Below are positions 1 through 13,365 of a DNA stretch of 64,000 nt, one piece after another (the stretch's first letter is position 1; each line of letters starts with the position of its first letter). The notes under the pieces were generated by a model, which ran no database searches, had not been told where the DNA came from, and saw only the letters and a program-made list of their open reading frames with translations. This DNA comes from Squalus acanthias. Lineage: Eukaryota. The stretch covers positions 106,084,001 through 106,148,000 of the forward strand of contig CM059431.1 in the NCBI GenBank assembly GCA_030390025.1, in the 5' to 3' direction. The position numbers and the translations under genes were made by a program.

Positions 1-165
1 CCTGGAACTCCCTCCCTAACAGCGCTGTGGGAGTACTTTCACCACACAGACTGCAGCGGTTCATGAAGGCGACTCACCACCACCTTCTCAAGGGCAATTA
101 GGGATGGGCAATAAATGCTGGCCTTGCCAGCGACACCCACATCCCATAAACAAATTTTTAAAAAA
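1..165 (+). mobile_element. 3' end of a second non-LTR retrotransposon family ('LINE-B', clade not determined)
   Basis: WNSLPNS.VG..SPHRLQRF.KA.HHHLLKGN*, then a short UTR with AATAAA and an A-rich tail. Further copies at 5255-5430, 10955-11022, 27625-27905, 33061-33479 and 38876-39980. Confidence 0.75.
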
Positions 166-377
166 TGTAGGAGACCAAAGATGGGGAAGATGGAAGTAGG
201 AATAGGAGAGGGACTTGAACTGGCTGACTGACAGATTATCTACTTGCATGCAGGAATGCAATAGTAATATTGTACTTGGGTTAATTTCCACAATTGCCTA
301 TGTGTTGAATTCCTCCTCTCACTCATGTCCTGAACTGTACATACATTGCCATTCCTTCATCGTCCCTTGGTCAGTAT

Positions 378-836
378 AAAAGAAAAGAAAGATTTGCATT
401 TCTATAGTGCCTTTCACAATTCAGGACATGCCAATGCGCTTTACAGCCAATTAAGTACTTTTGAAGTGTAGTCACTGTTATAAGGTAGGAATCGCGACAG
501 CCAATTTGCCCACAAACAGCAATGTGATAATGACCAGATAAACTGTTTGGTGATGTTGATTGAGGGATAAATATTGGCGAGGACAACAGGGATAAACTCC
601 CCTGCTCTTCTTTGAAATAGTGCCATGGTATCTTTTACGTCCACCTGAGAGAGCAGACGGGGCCTCAGTTTAACATCTCATCCAAAAGACGGCCCCTCTG
701 ACAGTGCAGCACGCCCTCAGTACCGCACTGGAATGTCAGCCTAGATTTTTGTGCTCAAGTCTCTGGAGTGGGATTTGAACCCACAACCATTCTGACTCAG
801 AGGTAAGAGTGCTACCAACTGAGCCATGGCTGACAC
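378..836 (-). mobile_element. tRNA-derived SINE with Deu-like core and L2-like tail (SacSINE1/DeuSINE-like), full length
   Basis: Pol III A/B boxes (TGGCTCAGTTGG; GGGTTCAAATCCC), core AAAAGATaCCATGGCACTATTTC, tail CTATAGAAATGCAA+(TTTC)n. Near-identical to the other copies in the window. Confidence 0.85.
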
Positions 837-989
837 TTGGAATATCTTGGAATTTCCTTCCTAACAGCGTCATGACCATAAGTATTGCATTAGCACAGTG
901 CTGACTGTGGCAGAACCACAAAGGCAGACTGGAGAAAGAAAGAACTTGCATTTATGTAGCGTCATCACCATAAGTATTACAATAGAGAA

Positions 990-1190
990 AAATAAAGAAA
1001 TATTTGCATTTCTATAGCGCCTTTCAGAACCTCAGGACTTCCCAAAGCGCTTTACAGCCAATGAAGTACTTGTTGAAGTGTAGTCACTGTTGTAATGTGC
1101 GAAACGCGGCAGCTAATTTGGGCACAGCAAGATCCGCCAAACAAGCAATGAAATAATGATCAGATAAATCTGTTTTAGTGATGTTGGTTC
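990..1190 (-). mobile_element. Same SINE family, 3' half
   Basis: Similar to the 3' half of 378-836. Confidence 0.8.
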
Positions 1191-1849
1191 AAAGAGGACA
1201 CCCACCACCACTATCTAGGGATGGGCAATAAATACAGCCCAGTGTTGCCCAGATCCCACGAACAAATAAAAAAAAATTCACGCTTCAGGCTGATAAAAGA
1301 AGCAGCTCCCTTTCTACGCACAACGAGATATCTGTTAATAAAGAGCAGCAAGATTCTCAGTGAAGCATTACGGTGGAGTAGCACAGGAACAGGGAGCCGA
1401 GAGAGCAACTGTACCAATGGAAATCAAATTGGGGGGTTTCTCAAATTTTCCATAAAGTGTGGGAATTGATTCTTCTCACCATTTCAGGAGAATGCAATCA
1501 GGAGTTGGTGGGTAAATGAGGGGGATTGCATCAGTCCTTCCTCGTTCCATTATTTTCAACACATTGCGTTATTGATCAGGCCTCAATGAATGCCAAGAAA
1601 AAAAGGTCTGGTTAAGAATTACTGTGACATTTCCCATTGTACAAATAAAGTGATGGCGATAAGCTGAGCCCTTAAAAGAAACTACAGCTCTCAGCTTCTA
1701 TTTACAAGACAAGACAAAGCAGGGAGTGTTGAACTGATTGTTACAGAGACCTAAGAAAAGGATTCTTTCGCATATGTATTTCTACTTAATCCTCCTTAAT
1801 TAACTTTTAGTTTCAAACAAACTCAGTAATTGAAGCATATATATTTTTC

Positions 1850-2369
1850 TGAGCGTAAGGCCTGCTTTTACCAGCATAAGAGTTTAAAAAAATAGAAAAA
1901 TAAGATTATATCACTCACTTATAAATTAAAAACCCTGTCCAATAAGGTAATTTTATATTAAGCCCCGTTTTAACATTAAAAAACAATTACATTTTTGTTT
2001 AACATATTTAATTAAATGCCATTTTAATTAATTTTATCTATGTAATGGTTTTACTTTATTTACTTCAGTGTGTTGGTGCATTTTTGCAGTCATCCCCATT
2101 CATACTTTTGACAGGTCTGTGCGTACAGAACTGTCAAAAGTATGAAGGGGGATTCCCTTCTTCCATTGGTTGAGCTGACCCACGTGATCCCAGGGGTGCT
2201 TGCGAACCGCCTGCGCCCCTGGGATACGCGGGCCTCTGCGCATTTCCAAGAGGAGAGGCCCCAGGATCGGAAGCCTCCGTATCTCCGGGACCAGCTGGCA
2301 GGTTCGTAGATTTTTTTGCTGATCGGAGACATCCGCCCGCAGGGAGCCTCCGATCGGAGATTCAGGGCC
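1850..2369. mobile_element. Truncated copy of the 41210-41973 MITE
   Basis: AAGGCCTGCTTTTACCAGCATAAGAGTTT..GGATCGGAAG..CCTCCGATCGGA, colinear with 41460-41973. Confidence 0.8.
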
Positions 2370-2469
2370 AATAACTTAAGTAATTACTTCACTGCTGCGG
2401 ACATACACTCCAAGTTACTTTGTTACAGCACCAGGCTCAACTGATTTTCATATACTATCCCCACCCACA

Positions 2470-2815
2470 CTAAAAACAAGTTGCATTTATATAGCGCCTT
2501 TAACGTAGTAAATCGTCCCAGGGCGCTTCGCAGGAGCGATTATCAAACAACATTTGACACCGAGCCACATAAGGAAATATTAGGACAGGTGACCAAAAGC
2601 TCGGTCAAAGCGGTAGGTTTTAAGGAGCGTCTTCAAGGAGGAGTGAGAGGCGGAGAGCAATGTTCCCTGTAAGCTGCACTCCAGGGGTCCTGCGCAACCG
2701 GCTTGCCGGCTTTTATGTAGAAAAACCGCTCATGCGCGGTATTTTGAATGGGCCACGCGGCTCGAAAAAAATTGCAGGGAACATTGGTAGCGAGGCGGAG
2801 AGGCTTAGGAAGAGA
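2470..2815 (-). mobile_element. L2-clade LINE 3' end, interrupted by a small MITE
   Basis: Reverse complement of the tail AAAGGCGCTATATAAATGCAAC. Similar to 5840-6370. Confidence 0.75.
2658..2786. mobile_element. 129-bp MITE with CAATGTTCCCTG TIRs (hAT-like termini)
   Basis: Perfect 12-bp TIR, inserted in an L2 fragment. A related copy lies at 16005-16166. Confidence 0.75.
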
Positions 2816-5800
2816 TTTCTAGTACCACTGTGGACAGGTGCGAGTGAATGTCAGGCAAGGCTGAATTTCAAACATGACAATCCCTTGGCCCGGGCCTTGA
2901 ATTATCATTGGCAGATCCGAGGTAAATGGAAGATAGCACATAGCCAATTGTTGACTATAAGATTATAATCCAACTCAGGGCTTCAGATGTGTTGTCTGAT
3001 GGCAAACAGTTTTTTTAATATTACAGGTGTTCTAGGGATGGGCAATACATACAGTCTTGCCTGTATTGCCCAAATCCCAAGCATAAATATAAAAGGCCTA
3101 TGTTTCAGTCTGATTATAAAAAAAAGCAGCCCCCATTCTACACACGATGAGATATCAGTTATTGTTAACGCTTCTGTGAAGCGCCTTGCGATGTTTTACT
3201 ACGTTAACGGTGCTATATAAATGCAAACCGAATCTGCTTCTTCTAATGACTTTTAGTTTTAAGTGCTGTGGAACCTTACGTGACATGGGATTGTTAAATT
3301 TAAGGTCACAGAATACCAGAATATGTTGTGCAACAATGTAAAGAATCCCAAATTAACATAGTCTGATTAGACATAAAATTATTAAAAGCATGCGGAGATA
3401 ACGTTGGTGAAGACTGCTTGGGATTTCATTGCGAACAGCAAATAGTACTTAATATTCCCTTTAGTTTAAGGCAGACTCTGCATGTGTTCTGTGTGCTAAC
3501 GTTATGGTGTGGGATTGTACGACAATATCACCATTTTCTATCCAATGTGGAGGGGGTGAGAACTCGATCACTAATTGCGCTGTATTCCATCGGTTTTCAA
3601 CTCCTTCTGAGATGTTTATCCTTAAGACTGGACATGCCCGAACTAGGCTAAGTCTATAATTCTGATTCTTGTACTTTGCTCCCTCTCAGTTGTGTGGAAA
3701 GCATTTCATGGCTTTTATCTCCACAATGTCCATCATCGCTTTAAACAGTTGTTTCCCGTTCTCATCTCATCTCGCCCACTTTTTGCTAATGGGTCCCCTG
3801 AACTTCCTCTCCATTGTTGGATCCAGCTGCATATTTAATCGTCACTTGGGACTGTGAAGCTACTTCGCCTCATGGAACTGGTCTGGCTAGGATCAGGCTG
3901 GCACAGGTAATGTGATATTGCTCTTTAGGGAGCAGCGGGAGAAGATTGTGGTGCAGCACCAGTATCTAAAATGGGTCGTAAAAGGTTTTTTGTTTAGAAA
4001 AAAAAATAGAAATAGGATTGTCCCATTAAAAATCAGCATCAGCAAATAAAATAATGAATTGTTTCATCCAGCGTAGAACGGTATTTGACCAGGTTGTTGG
4101 GAGCTGGCTCTTGATGACTACGTTGATAAACTGCAATAACAACATACATGCTGAAATATATTTTTATCTTCGGTTGATTATCTGGAACTTTCCATATGTA
4201 TTGTCTGAAAATGGTATCTGAACAAGTTGAGACTTGTTCAGCATGACCTCACCTCATTATCACAGAAAAGCCTGAAATGGTGCAATGATCCAGGAAGAGC
4301 AGTAACTCTTTTAAGGTAACAGCCTCTTCATTTTAATAATCAATACAGTTCTAGTGCTGATATAAAGATAAGCGCTTGTCGAAAGCAAGCGCTTTGAAAA
4401 TGAGTAAGATAGAGGATGATTCTGCCGGTACTTTTCATTAAAAGTAAGAACTCCTTCAGCTCGTCTGCACTAATGTAATTACTCCTCAACAAAATGCGGC
4501 TTGTGAACTATGTGGAAGAGTATTATTGCACAGCAAGACTAATTATAGAGGTTGAACAGCTGTGCCGATCTCAACAGAGAGGTACCACCCATCTACAGCT
4601 GGAACAGATGATGCGATGCTCTCTTAACTTGGCAGAGGCGCGGTGTTGCGTTAAACGTTTGATTCGCTTCGAAAAGTTTTCAATTCAGTGCGCTCCCATT
4701 GGCAAACTCAGCAGCACCAGAAAGCACAAAATGAGGCGGCAGATCATTCTTGAGGTTCGCAAAACATAGCCGTATTACTCTCCTCTCACCCCCCCTGCCC
4801 TCCTCTGTTCCTCCCTCCAGCTGTGTGCCATTCTGTGGCGTTTATTGCTTCACTACAGTTAATTGTAGCTCCGTAATTACTTATCTATGAGGTTCCCTAA
4901 CATTAGCCTGAATTAGATGGTCGCAGATTAGCCATGACTGCATTAAGTCAGTCAGAGGAAGTCATTTAGGTATTTGCATATCTGAAATCCACTTTTCTAA
5001 CAGCCAGTTAAAATTTCACTGTCCTTGTCCTTTCTAGAATGAACGATGTCTTTTTTTTAAGCCGTAGATAATTATTCTATTGTGGGACTGTGTTTTTCAC
5101 CCTCATTAAGTTGTGAAAAGTCCAGTGCTACAGAAACTGCTGACACCTTCCAGTAGTGAATAGGAACCTCCTTAAAGGAACTTGCGAGACTTTTTGCCCA
5201 ATATTATTACAGTTATTATTCCATTTGATATTGTGACAGAGATAAAAGTATGTCTTGGGTCAAAATCCTGGAACTCCCTCCCGAACAGCACTGTGGGAGC
5301 ACCTTCACCACATGGACTGCAGCGGTTCAAGAAGGCGGCTCACCACCACCTTCTCAAGGGCAACTAGGGATGGACAATAAATGCTGGACTGGCTAGTGAC
5401 GCCCGTTTCCCAGGAAGGAGTAATAAAAAATATATAAACCTATCCTAGAACTGTTCAAAGCTTTTAGTAATTGGAATTATTGTGCTTCATATTACGAACA
5501 GATGAAATTCATGGACAGGAAAAAACCAGCTGATCCATCAAGCCTGCCCCACACCTCATGATGGCCGGAGCATCATGACGAGGACACTTCTTCGCGCCCT
5601 TGCTCCCCCCCCCCCCTCCAAGCCATGTAATATCCTGGCAGCAGCAAAAAAAAAAGGACAAAAAAAAGCATGGGCCAATAAGGGAAAAAATACTTTGGAA
5701 AGTTACTCTTCGCTATTTATTTGGAAATGTATTATCTACTATTTGAAACAAAACAGAACAGAACATATCTGGCCAAGGCTATTTTAAATGCAGTAACATT

Positions 5801-5839
5801 ACTGCCAATTGGGTAGTTGTTAGTCCATTGGGTATGTAC

Positions 5840-6370
5840 AATAACAACAACAACTTGTATTGATATAGTGCCTTTAACGTAGTAAAACGTCTCAAGGTGC
5901 TTCACAGGAGTATTATAAGACAAAAAAAAATGATACCAAAAAAAAATGATACCGAGCTACATAAGTATAAATTAGGGTAGGTGACCAAAAGCTTGGTCAA
6001 AGAGGTAGGTTTTAAGGAGCGTATTAAAAGGAGGAAAGAGAGGTAGCGAGGCGGAGAGGTTTAGGGAGGGAATTCCAGAGCTTAGGGCCCAGGCAACAGA
6101 AGGCACGGCCACCAATGGTTGAGCGATTATAATCAGGGATGCTCAAGAGGGTAGAATTAGAGGAGCGCAGATATCTCGGGGGCTGAAGGAGATTGCAGAG
6201 ATAGGGAGCGGGCGAGGCCATGGCGGGATTTGCAAACACGGATGAGAATCTTGAAATCGAGGCGCTGCTTAACCGGGAGCCAATGTAGGTCAGCGAGCAC
6301 AGGGGTGATGGGCGAACGGGACTTGGTGCGAGTTTTGGATGACCTCAAGTTTATGTAGGGTGGAACGTAC
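5840..6370 (-). mobile_element. L2-clade LINE 3' fragment
   Basis: ITPVLADLHWLPVKQRLDFKIL..HGLA..RYLRSS..GGRAF..GPKLWNSLP, with a (GTT)n tail. Confidence 0.9.
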
Positions 6371-8162
6371 CTCTATAAGGGCTGATTATGAAAAAAAAAA
6401 ACACGCTCTGGATCACAGGGGCAAGCTCTGCTTGCAGGAACCATTAGTAGTCAGCTAAGAAAAAGGACAGTAGTAAAACCACAAAAATTGTAACAGCAGA
6501 AAACCAGAAACACATGGAGGAGGGAAAGACCATTTTTCCCGCCCTGCTTTTAACTTGTTGCAAATGCATTTAGTGAATTCAGATTTCCAGGGCTCAAACT
6601 GCACATTTTATGGTTGGCTGTTGCCGACTTTCAGATCGACTCAAAGTTTTATCTTTTCAAACTCAATAAAACTGAAGTAACTATGTGTATTTCTTAGTTT
6701 TTTTGTTGTTGCTTGAACCTAGTCATTTCCAAGAGCACAAGTGAGATTTTACCCATGCTTGGAAACTAAGCAAGTCAGTGACTATCCTCGGGCAACCACA
6801 CATGGTGTAACCGTCTATGGCATGATTCAGCTCCGAATGGGAGAGGTGATTCAAATTAGTCCCATCCTGATAAAAAAAAATACAACACATTAACAGTGAT
6901 TGCTAACAAGGTCGATGGCGTCTGGTTTGGAAGGCGGTTCCTCACACAAAGAATAGTGGAAACCTGGAACTCTCTCCAAAACTGAGATTTTTGTTAGGCA
7001 AGGGTATTAAGGGTTATGGACACAAGGCGGGTAGATGGAGTTAAGATACAGATCAGCCAGGATCTAATTGAATGTCGGAACAGGCTCGAGGGGCTGAATG
7101 GCCTCCTCCTGTTCCTAGTTGGCCCTGATAGTTTGAGGGAACTTGGTTAATATCAGCAGATACAGTCATTAACTTAGGGTGTTTTAGCAATCTGGCAATC
7201 TCAATTGTGCACATTAATTCACTTGCCCCCCACTGTTAGGCTCAGAAGCGTCTCCTGATGAAGCTCAGCAATCACAGATTAAAGGAAAAACTATTCAAAA
7301 GGCTGCTGAAGTCAACCACAATTGTTTTCCACAGTTTGGATCTCATTAAATGGATCCTAATGGTGTACGCTCTCCACTTTCAGCTACTATTTCAGTTTGG
7401 TCCCGAAAAGTGACCTCTTACCACAAGTTCATTGGAAGGGCTAATCGGAACAGCCATCTACAAAAAAAAAATCAGAGGTTTCTAAGGAAAAAATAATCAA
7501 ACTGTACTGTCTGCAAAGGACTGACAAGATAAGGGGGAATATTTTCCAAAGGTATTCTCCTGGGCTGTAAATATATTGCGACTGTACATGAAAGGTGTTT
7601 GGGGAACCTGGAAATTTCAAAATAAAATTGCTTCGTGCAGATGTGATAACCAGTGTGTTACCTATCCTTTTGTGAGATGTCCCCATTAGCTCTGATACGA
7701 GAAAACACACCCACTTTTGGACTTCTATAATAAAAATGTAACCTGCTGTGATCTGAAGTCTGACAAGTACCAGGCAACATGAGAGTTATTCTCAGAACCC
7801 TAACAATGCACGCATGTAGAGAGCTGTTCCCTCTAACATAACCACTTACACAGTGCTAGCCTCTTGACTACTGGCCTGAAAGCCCTGTATAACCCAACCA
7901 TTTTCAAACATCATCCCTGGTGGCCCACTTTAATAACTAGTTCACAGAAACTATGGTCGCTGGAACCTGCCTACCAGGTGATATGGCAACAGGGCAATAA
8001 AGATACCAAGACCACAGTAGTGTAGTGAAAAAAATTAAGATAGTTCAACTTTCCAGTTATCCAGAGCTAACATTACATTTTGATGACCTGGACTCTACTG
8101 TAAAGCAAAGCATCCATTCAATTCCTGGACCCGTCCCTTACTTGCTTTTGACTAGAAATGGT

Positions 8163-9008
8163 GGCCAGAATTTTGCCGGCGCTCAGGGGGCGGTTTTGGA
8201 GGCGGGACATCCGGCAAAATCACAAAGATTGACAGCGGGTCAGAAACCCGCTGTCAACCCGCCTCCAATCAATCTTCCCAGGTGTTGGGTCCCCGATTTG
8301 CGCAGGGACCCGACATCTAGCGGCGGGATGAGGATTATAGCCACTTCAAAGAGGCTTTTTGCAATTTTGACAGTTCTACTGCGGGCTTCCCGACGTCCGG
8401 ACACTACGCCAGGTAAGTGTGGCGTGTTGCGAGTCTGCTGTAATGTTTCTGCATTGATGACAGCTGCAGAAGTGGTGTGAAGGATCCAATGGTGCACTGG
8501 TGAGTTTCAGAGATAAGATAATGTTGGGAAAATCATTTTTAATGCATTTACACTTTTATGTCGGTAACAAGTTTTGAATTGTATGTATCGTCCCACCTCA
8601 TTGGGAGAACCTCTCTCACCAGTGACAGATCGCTTCTGTAACCTCACCTGCAGCTGCCATCTGTTCTAGCCTAAGGAGGGAGTCACTGGAGAGCCTGGGT
8701 GCAAGAGCTCACCTTTGTACAGTGATTGTCAGTGTTTGCAGCACCTCGATGCTGTCAAACACTGAGAAATCAGCTGTCAAAAAAAGATGTGCGTGGCCCC
8801 TTTAAGAAAACCGGCAGATGACGCGTCATCAACTGACGTCATCTGACACCGGCTTTCTCTTAATTGGCCGGCAAGCCCACAGGGCGGGCTTAACAAGACG
8901 AATTGACGCAAAATCACGTTTGTGCGTCTGATGTCGTTGGGGGCGGGACTGGAACCCGGAAGGCAGCTGACCCGCCCCCAAGCCACCTTGAAGCATAAAA
9001 TCGCGGCC
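8163..9008. mobile_element. Non-autonomous Harbinger-like element
   Basis: TIR-like ends GGCCAGAATTTT / AAAATCGCGGCC. The minus strand near 8670-8710 reads LAPRLSSDSL, like a Myb-ORF start. The right end is similar to 17790-18047. Confidence 0.6.
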
Positions 9009-9332
9009 GATTAGTTTGCCTCTCAACTTGCTCTGTCCCTCTTATTTAAGATCCATCCCAAAATGTGAAGAAAGATTGTAACTCAAACAAAAACATACCA
9101 CTGGCATAATTGGTTCTGCAGCACACGTGTGTTTAACTTGTAAATAAAATGGGGAATATTTTCTGAATAGAAATATCGCACAGAGTCCTTTTAAGCGCAC
9201 AGTTGTGCATTTCCACTTTCACAAACTGAAAATTATTTTAAAACATGAAAATGTCTGCATTCTGAATGTTTACAAAGAAAAAAAAAGTAAAGGAATGAAA
9301 AAACGCTACTCAACCCATCGAGTTTGATCTGT

Positions 9333-9467
9333 CTGAGGAAAGGTCACTGACCCGAAACGTTAACTCTCGTTTCTCTCTCCACAGATGCTGCCTGACCCGC
9401 TGAATATTTCCAGCATTTTCTGTCTTTCTTTCAGATTTCCAGCCTCCGCACGATTTGGCATTTGTTT
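9333..9467 (+). mobile_element. Short PLE-derived fragment starting at a hammerhead-like core
   Basis: Begins CTGAGGA-AA-GGTC(ACT)GACC-C-GAAACGTT, followed by TCTCTCTCCACAGATGCTGCCTGACC..TTTCCAGCATTTTCTG. Flanked by the 14-bp repeat GAGTTTGA(T/C)CTGTC (9320-9333 / 9468-9481). Confidence 0.65.
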
Positions 9468-9549
9468 GAGTTTGACCTGTCGTCCTGCTCTTGTTGGACC
9501 ATTTTTTTTTTCATTTTTATCTTACCTCCCCTCAACTCTCGGTTCAATT

Positions 9550-10850
9550 AGCAATTGATCGAATTCCCTTTCAGCTGCTTCAGCTGAGCCACCATTCAGC
9601 GCACTAGGTGGCAGTCTGTTCCACAAATGAACAACTCGTGAATGCAAAGAAGTTGGGGTCTCTTCAGCTGATCATCATGTCCTTTGGCTCTTCTCTCTTT
9701 TGCTTTTGCACGAAATACATCTCTACACCAACCTGCCTGATTCCCTCCCTTGTTCAAAAAAAAAATGGATTGTATTCTCACTGAATACTATTTTTCTTTC
9801 TCCCTCCAACTAGGATAGATTTAATCCTTGCTTCAAAGCTAAACGATCTACACTAAAATTATCTTTTGTTTTGAGCTTTACATCTCCTTGTGGATGCTCA
9901 TGGTTGGACACACAGTGCTCAAGGGGGATGAAATTTGACTTGTGTGGGGCCGCAAAATGGGTGCTATCACATCTACCCCTAGTTAGATGCCCCGCCCGAT
10001 ATTCGGTACTATTGAAGTCTATGGAGCTGAATATCACACAGTGTGTATAATGGGCGGAAGATGCGATACCACTTGTTTTGCATCCCCGCCCAAGACAAAG
10101 TTCAACTCCAATCTGTTCCCTCACTAATTCTTTCCAGATTGTCAGCATTACTTGGTTGGATTTACATTCTGCAGAGCTTCGTACACATTCAATATTTTGT
10201 TTGCCTTTTCAACAATTTCCATGTATTGTGATGAGGTTTTCAATATCTGGCCGACAAGTCTTTTTTCACACATGCCTTATTTAGTGATGTCCTTTCATTT
10301 TGTAATCGTGACAACGGATTGCCTGTACGCGGAGAGAAATCATAAACACGTTGATAAAAAAAAAAGGGTTTATAAATTACATTGCATCCAGTGTGCAGAG
10401 GCAACTCCCTCTTCCCTTTGCTACTTTTAGTTCCCATGCATGTATTACCTCACAGCCATCAATGTTAACTTTGATTACTGACTCATATGCCCAGTGCCCA
10501 AGCCCCCTTAAGATTTTAACCTTTACTTGATGATGTGTGCTTTCCGCATAAGTTGACATTATCTGCAAACCTATTCTATTTTGAGCACCTTCATCAAAGA
10601 TTATTTATTAGTATTTTGAATAGCAGAGGTCTTAGGACAGGAACTTTAGGGGATTCAGCTATCCAATTACAACTGCTACCATTGACCACTGCTCTTCCTG
10701 CACGATTATCTCGATAATTTATTGTCCAATTTACTACTTTCTGCTTTACCCCAAGAGCTATCTAACCTTAGCCATGGCTCTTGTGGGGTACCTTATCAAA
10801 TTACTTCTTAATGTCAACCTACATAATATTCACCATAGTTCACCGATTAT
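9550..10850 (-). mobile_element. Ancient, heavily diverged CR1-like RT fragment
   Basis: The reverse strand contains TTTGATAAGGTACCCCAC (FDKVPH, ~10785-10802) and EIVEKANKIL..MLTIWKELVR. Interrupted by a palindromic MITE at ~9925-10110. Confidence 0.55.
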
Positions 10851-11439
10851 TTCATATCCTCAAAAAATTCATACCCTGACACTATTTTCCTCCCCACGAT
10901 TTCTCCTTTTCTCTCCTGAAGGAGGTGGCATACAGAAACACATTTCAATGTGCTTTAGGGATGGGCAATAAATTCTGGCCTTGCCAGCGACGCCCACATC
11001 CCATGAATGAATAAAAAAAAAAGAGTATTGGCATCTCTCCAGTGCCTTGTCCAAGTGACCATTCTTCATTCATGGGAATCAAGTGATATGGGGATAGGCG
11101 GGAAAGTGGAGTTGAGGTCGAAGATCAACTATGATCTTATTGAATGGCGGAGCAGGCTCGAGAGGCCATATGACCTACTCCTGCTCCTATTGCTTATGTT
11201 CTTAAGTGCCCAAGAGAGTGAATGGCAGCAGAATATTTGACCATAAGGACCAGCACGACCAAACCTGTCCCTATCCTCACCCAGTGTCGAAACATGCACG
11301 CTCTCCACCAGGCTTCACCAGATAGCGATCAGGACTGGGAACTCCAGGTGACCTTTGTATCCTTTCCTTAATTCAGGGTGCCTTAGGGTAATTGTACCAA
11401 CTCTGCTGCCATCCCAGGTGAGAGCAGTTGCAAACCAAA

Positions 11440-11680
11440 TACATAAGAACATGAGGAACATAAGAAATGGGAGCAGGAGCAGGTCATTCGGCCCCTCGAT
11501 CCTGCTCCGTCATTCAATAAGATCATGCTGATCTTCTACCTCATCTCCACTTTCCTGCACTATCTCCATATCCCTTGATTCCCTTAATATCCAAAAATCT
11601 ATCGATCTCAGTCTTGAATATACTCAACGACTGAACATCCACAGCTCTCTGGGGTAGAGAATTCCAAAGATTCACAATGC
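11440..11680 (-). mobile_element. CR1 3' fragment (a smaller + strand piece lies at ~11060-11205)
   Basis: VNLWNSLPQRAV..FKTEIDRFL. Confidence 0.82.
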
Positions 11681-11835
11681 CCCAGCAGCAAAAGAATATT
11701 TTATCATTTTGAATTTTCTTCATTGCAGTGCCTTCGGATTGATGATGCACCATTATAAAGCATCTGAATGAACACTTACATCTTTGATAACATACTATTA
11801 AACTTCAATGACCATTGGCAATAGATAAAGAGAGT

Positions 11836-12298
11836 GAAAAGAAAGACTTGCATTTCTATAGCGCCTTTCACGACCACCGGACGTCTCAAAGCGCTTTACA
11901 GCCAATTAAGTATTTTTGGAGTGTAGTCACTGTTGTAATGTAGGAAACGCGGCAGCCAATTTGCGCACAGCAAGCTCCCACAAACAGCAATGTGATAATG
12001 ACCAGATAATCTGTTTTAGTGACGTGGAGTGAGGGATAAATATTGGCCAGGACACCACTCCCATGCTCTTCTTCGAGAAAGTGCCATGGGATCTTTAATG
12101 TCCACCTGAGAGAGCAGACGGGGCCTCGGTTTAATATCTCATCCGAAACACGGCACCTCCGACAGTGCAGCATTCGCTCAGCACTGCACTAGGAGTGTCA
12201 GCCTAGATTTATGTGCTCAGGTCCCTGGAGTGGGACTTGAACCCACAACCTTCCTGACTCAGAGGCGAGTGTGCTACCCACTGAGCTACGGCTGACAC
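11836..12298 (-). mobile_element. Same SINE family, full length
   Basis: A/B boxes, Deu-like core, L2-like tail. Confidence 0.85.
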
Positions 12299-12445
12299 TG
12301 TGGCTCAGAATTGTACTGCAGTGGTGAGATCAGTCACCCCATGCCATAAGTTTCGCCATTTTGCACACCGATCTCTCCGTTCCTAACTTTCGCCCAAATT
12401 TTCTGCTTTTGTAATTTGAACACGCCGCAGCGAGCATAACGGCCA

Positions 12446-12528
12446 ATCAGAAGCGAGGAATCAGAAGCGACGAATCAGAAGCGAGGGATCAGAAGCGACG
12501 AATCAGAAGCGAGGGATCAGAAGTGACG
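12446..12528. repeat. 14-bp tandem repeat x6
   Basis: (A/G)ATCAGAAGCGA(G/C)G repeated. Confidence 0.9.
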
Positions 12529-13365
12529 CAGCCAATAAGCCAATTCTGGGACAACGGCGGTAAAACGGAGACTGCCTCTCACCTCTCTTGTATCTCTCTA
12601 ATTTTGATTTCTTGCGCACTACGCAACTTTATTTATTTGTATACATGTGTTGACCGCAGAGCTTTGATTTGAAAGTTACTGTGGCCTTCACTGATCTCCA
12701 GCAGGGTTGCACTTTAAACTACAGGGTACGTAGTGTGTGTGTGGTGAATCAGGATGGGATGCTTAGTGATACCAGGCCTCTCGAGCAGTTGCTTGACAGA
12801 GGGAATTTTAAACTCTAATAATTGAGAATTTGAACAGTGTATATTCCTTGGATTGTAATTCACAATGAACGTTAAAAGCTATGTAAATTAAAGAGCATGC
12901 CCTAACTTTTTTAAATCTAGCTTGCCTCACTCTCTCTCTATTTATAGAGGGGAATTCTCTTCACATATGTATAATTCAAGGACGTAACAATTCATCTCAA
13001 TCAAACTTTACACAATAAAGCCTTTGAAACAGCATGAGAAGAATAAGACGTAGAATTACACAGAATTTACAGCACAGAAACCGACCATTCAGCCCAACTG
13101 GTCTCGACCGGTGTTTATGCTCCACATGAGCCTCCTCCCACCCCTACTTCATCTCACCCAATCTTCATATCCTTCTATTCCTCTCTCCCTCATGTGTTTA
13201 TCCAGCTTATCCTGAAATGCATCAAGACAAGTTTATATGAATAAAACATTCAACTTGGTTGATTGTCATTGCACAAAATCTTTCCTGATTAGCGTGACTG
13301 CAAGTGACGATTAAACTAGCACGAATCAAGGAAATTTGCCATCACTGCTGTTGTGAACGGCCGAG

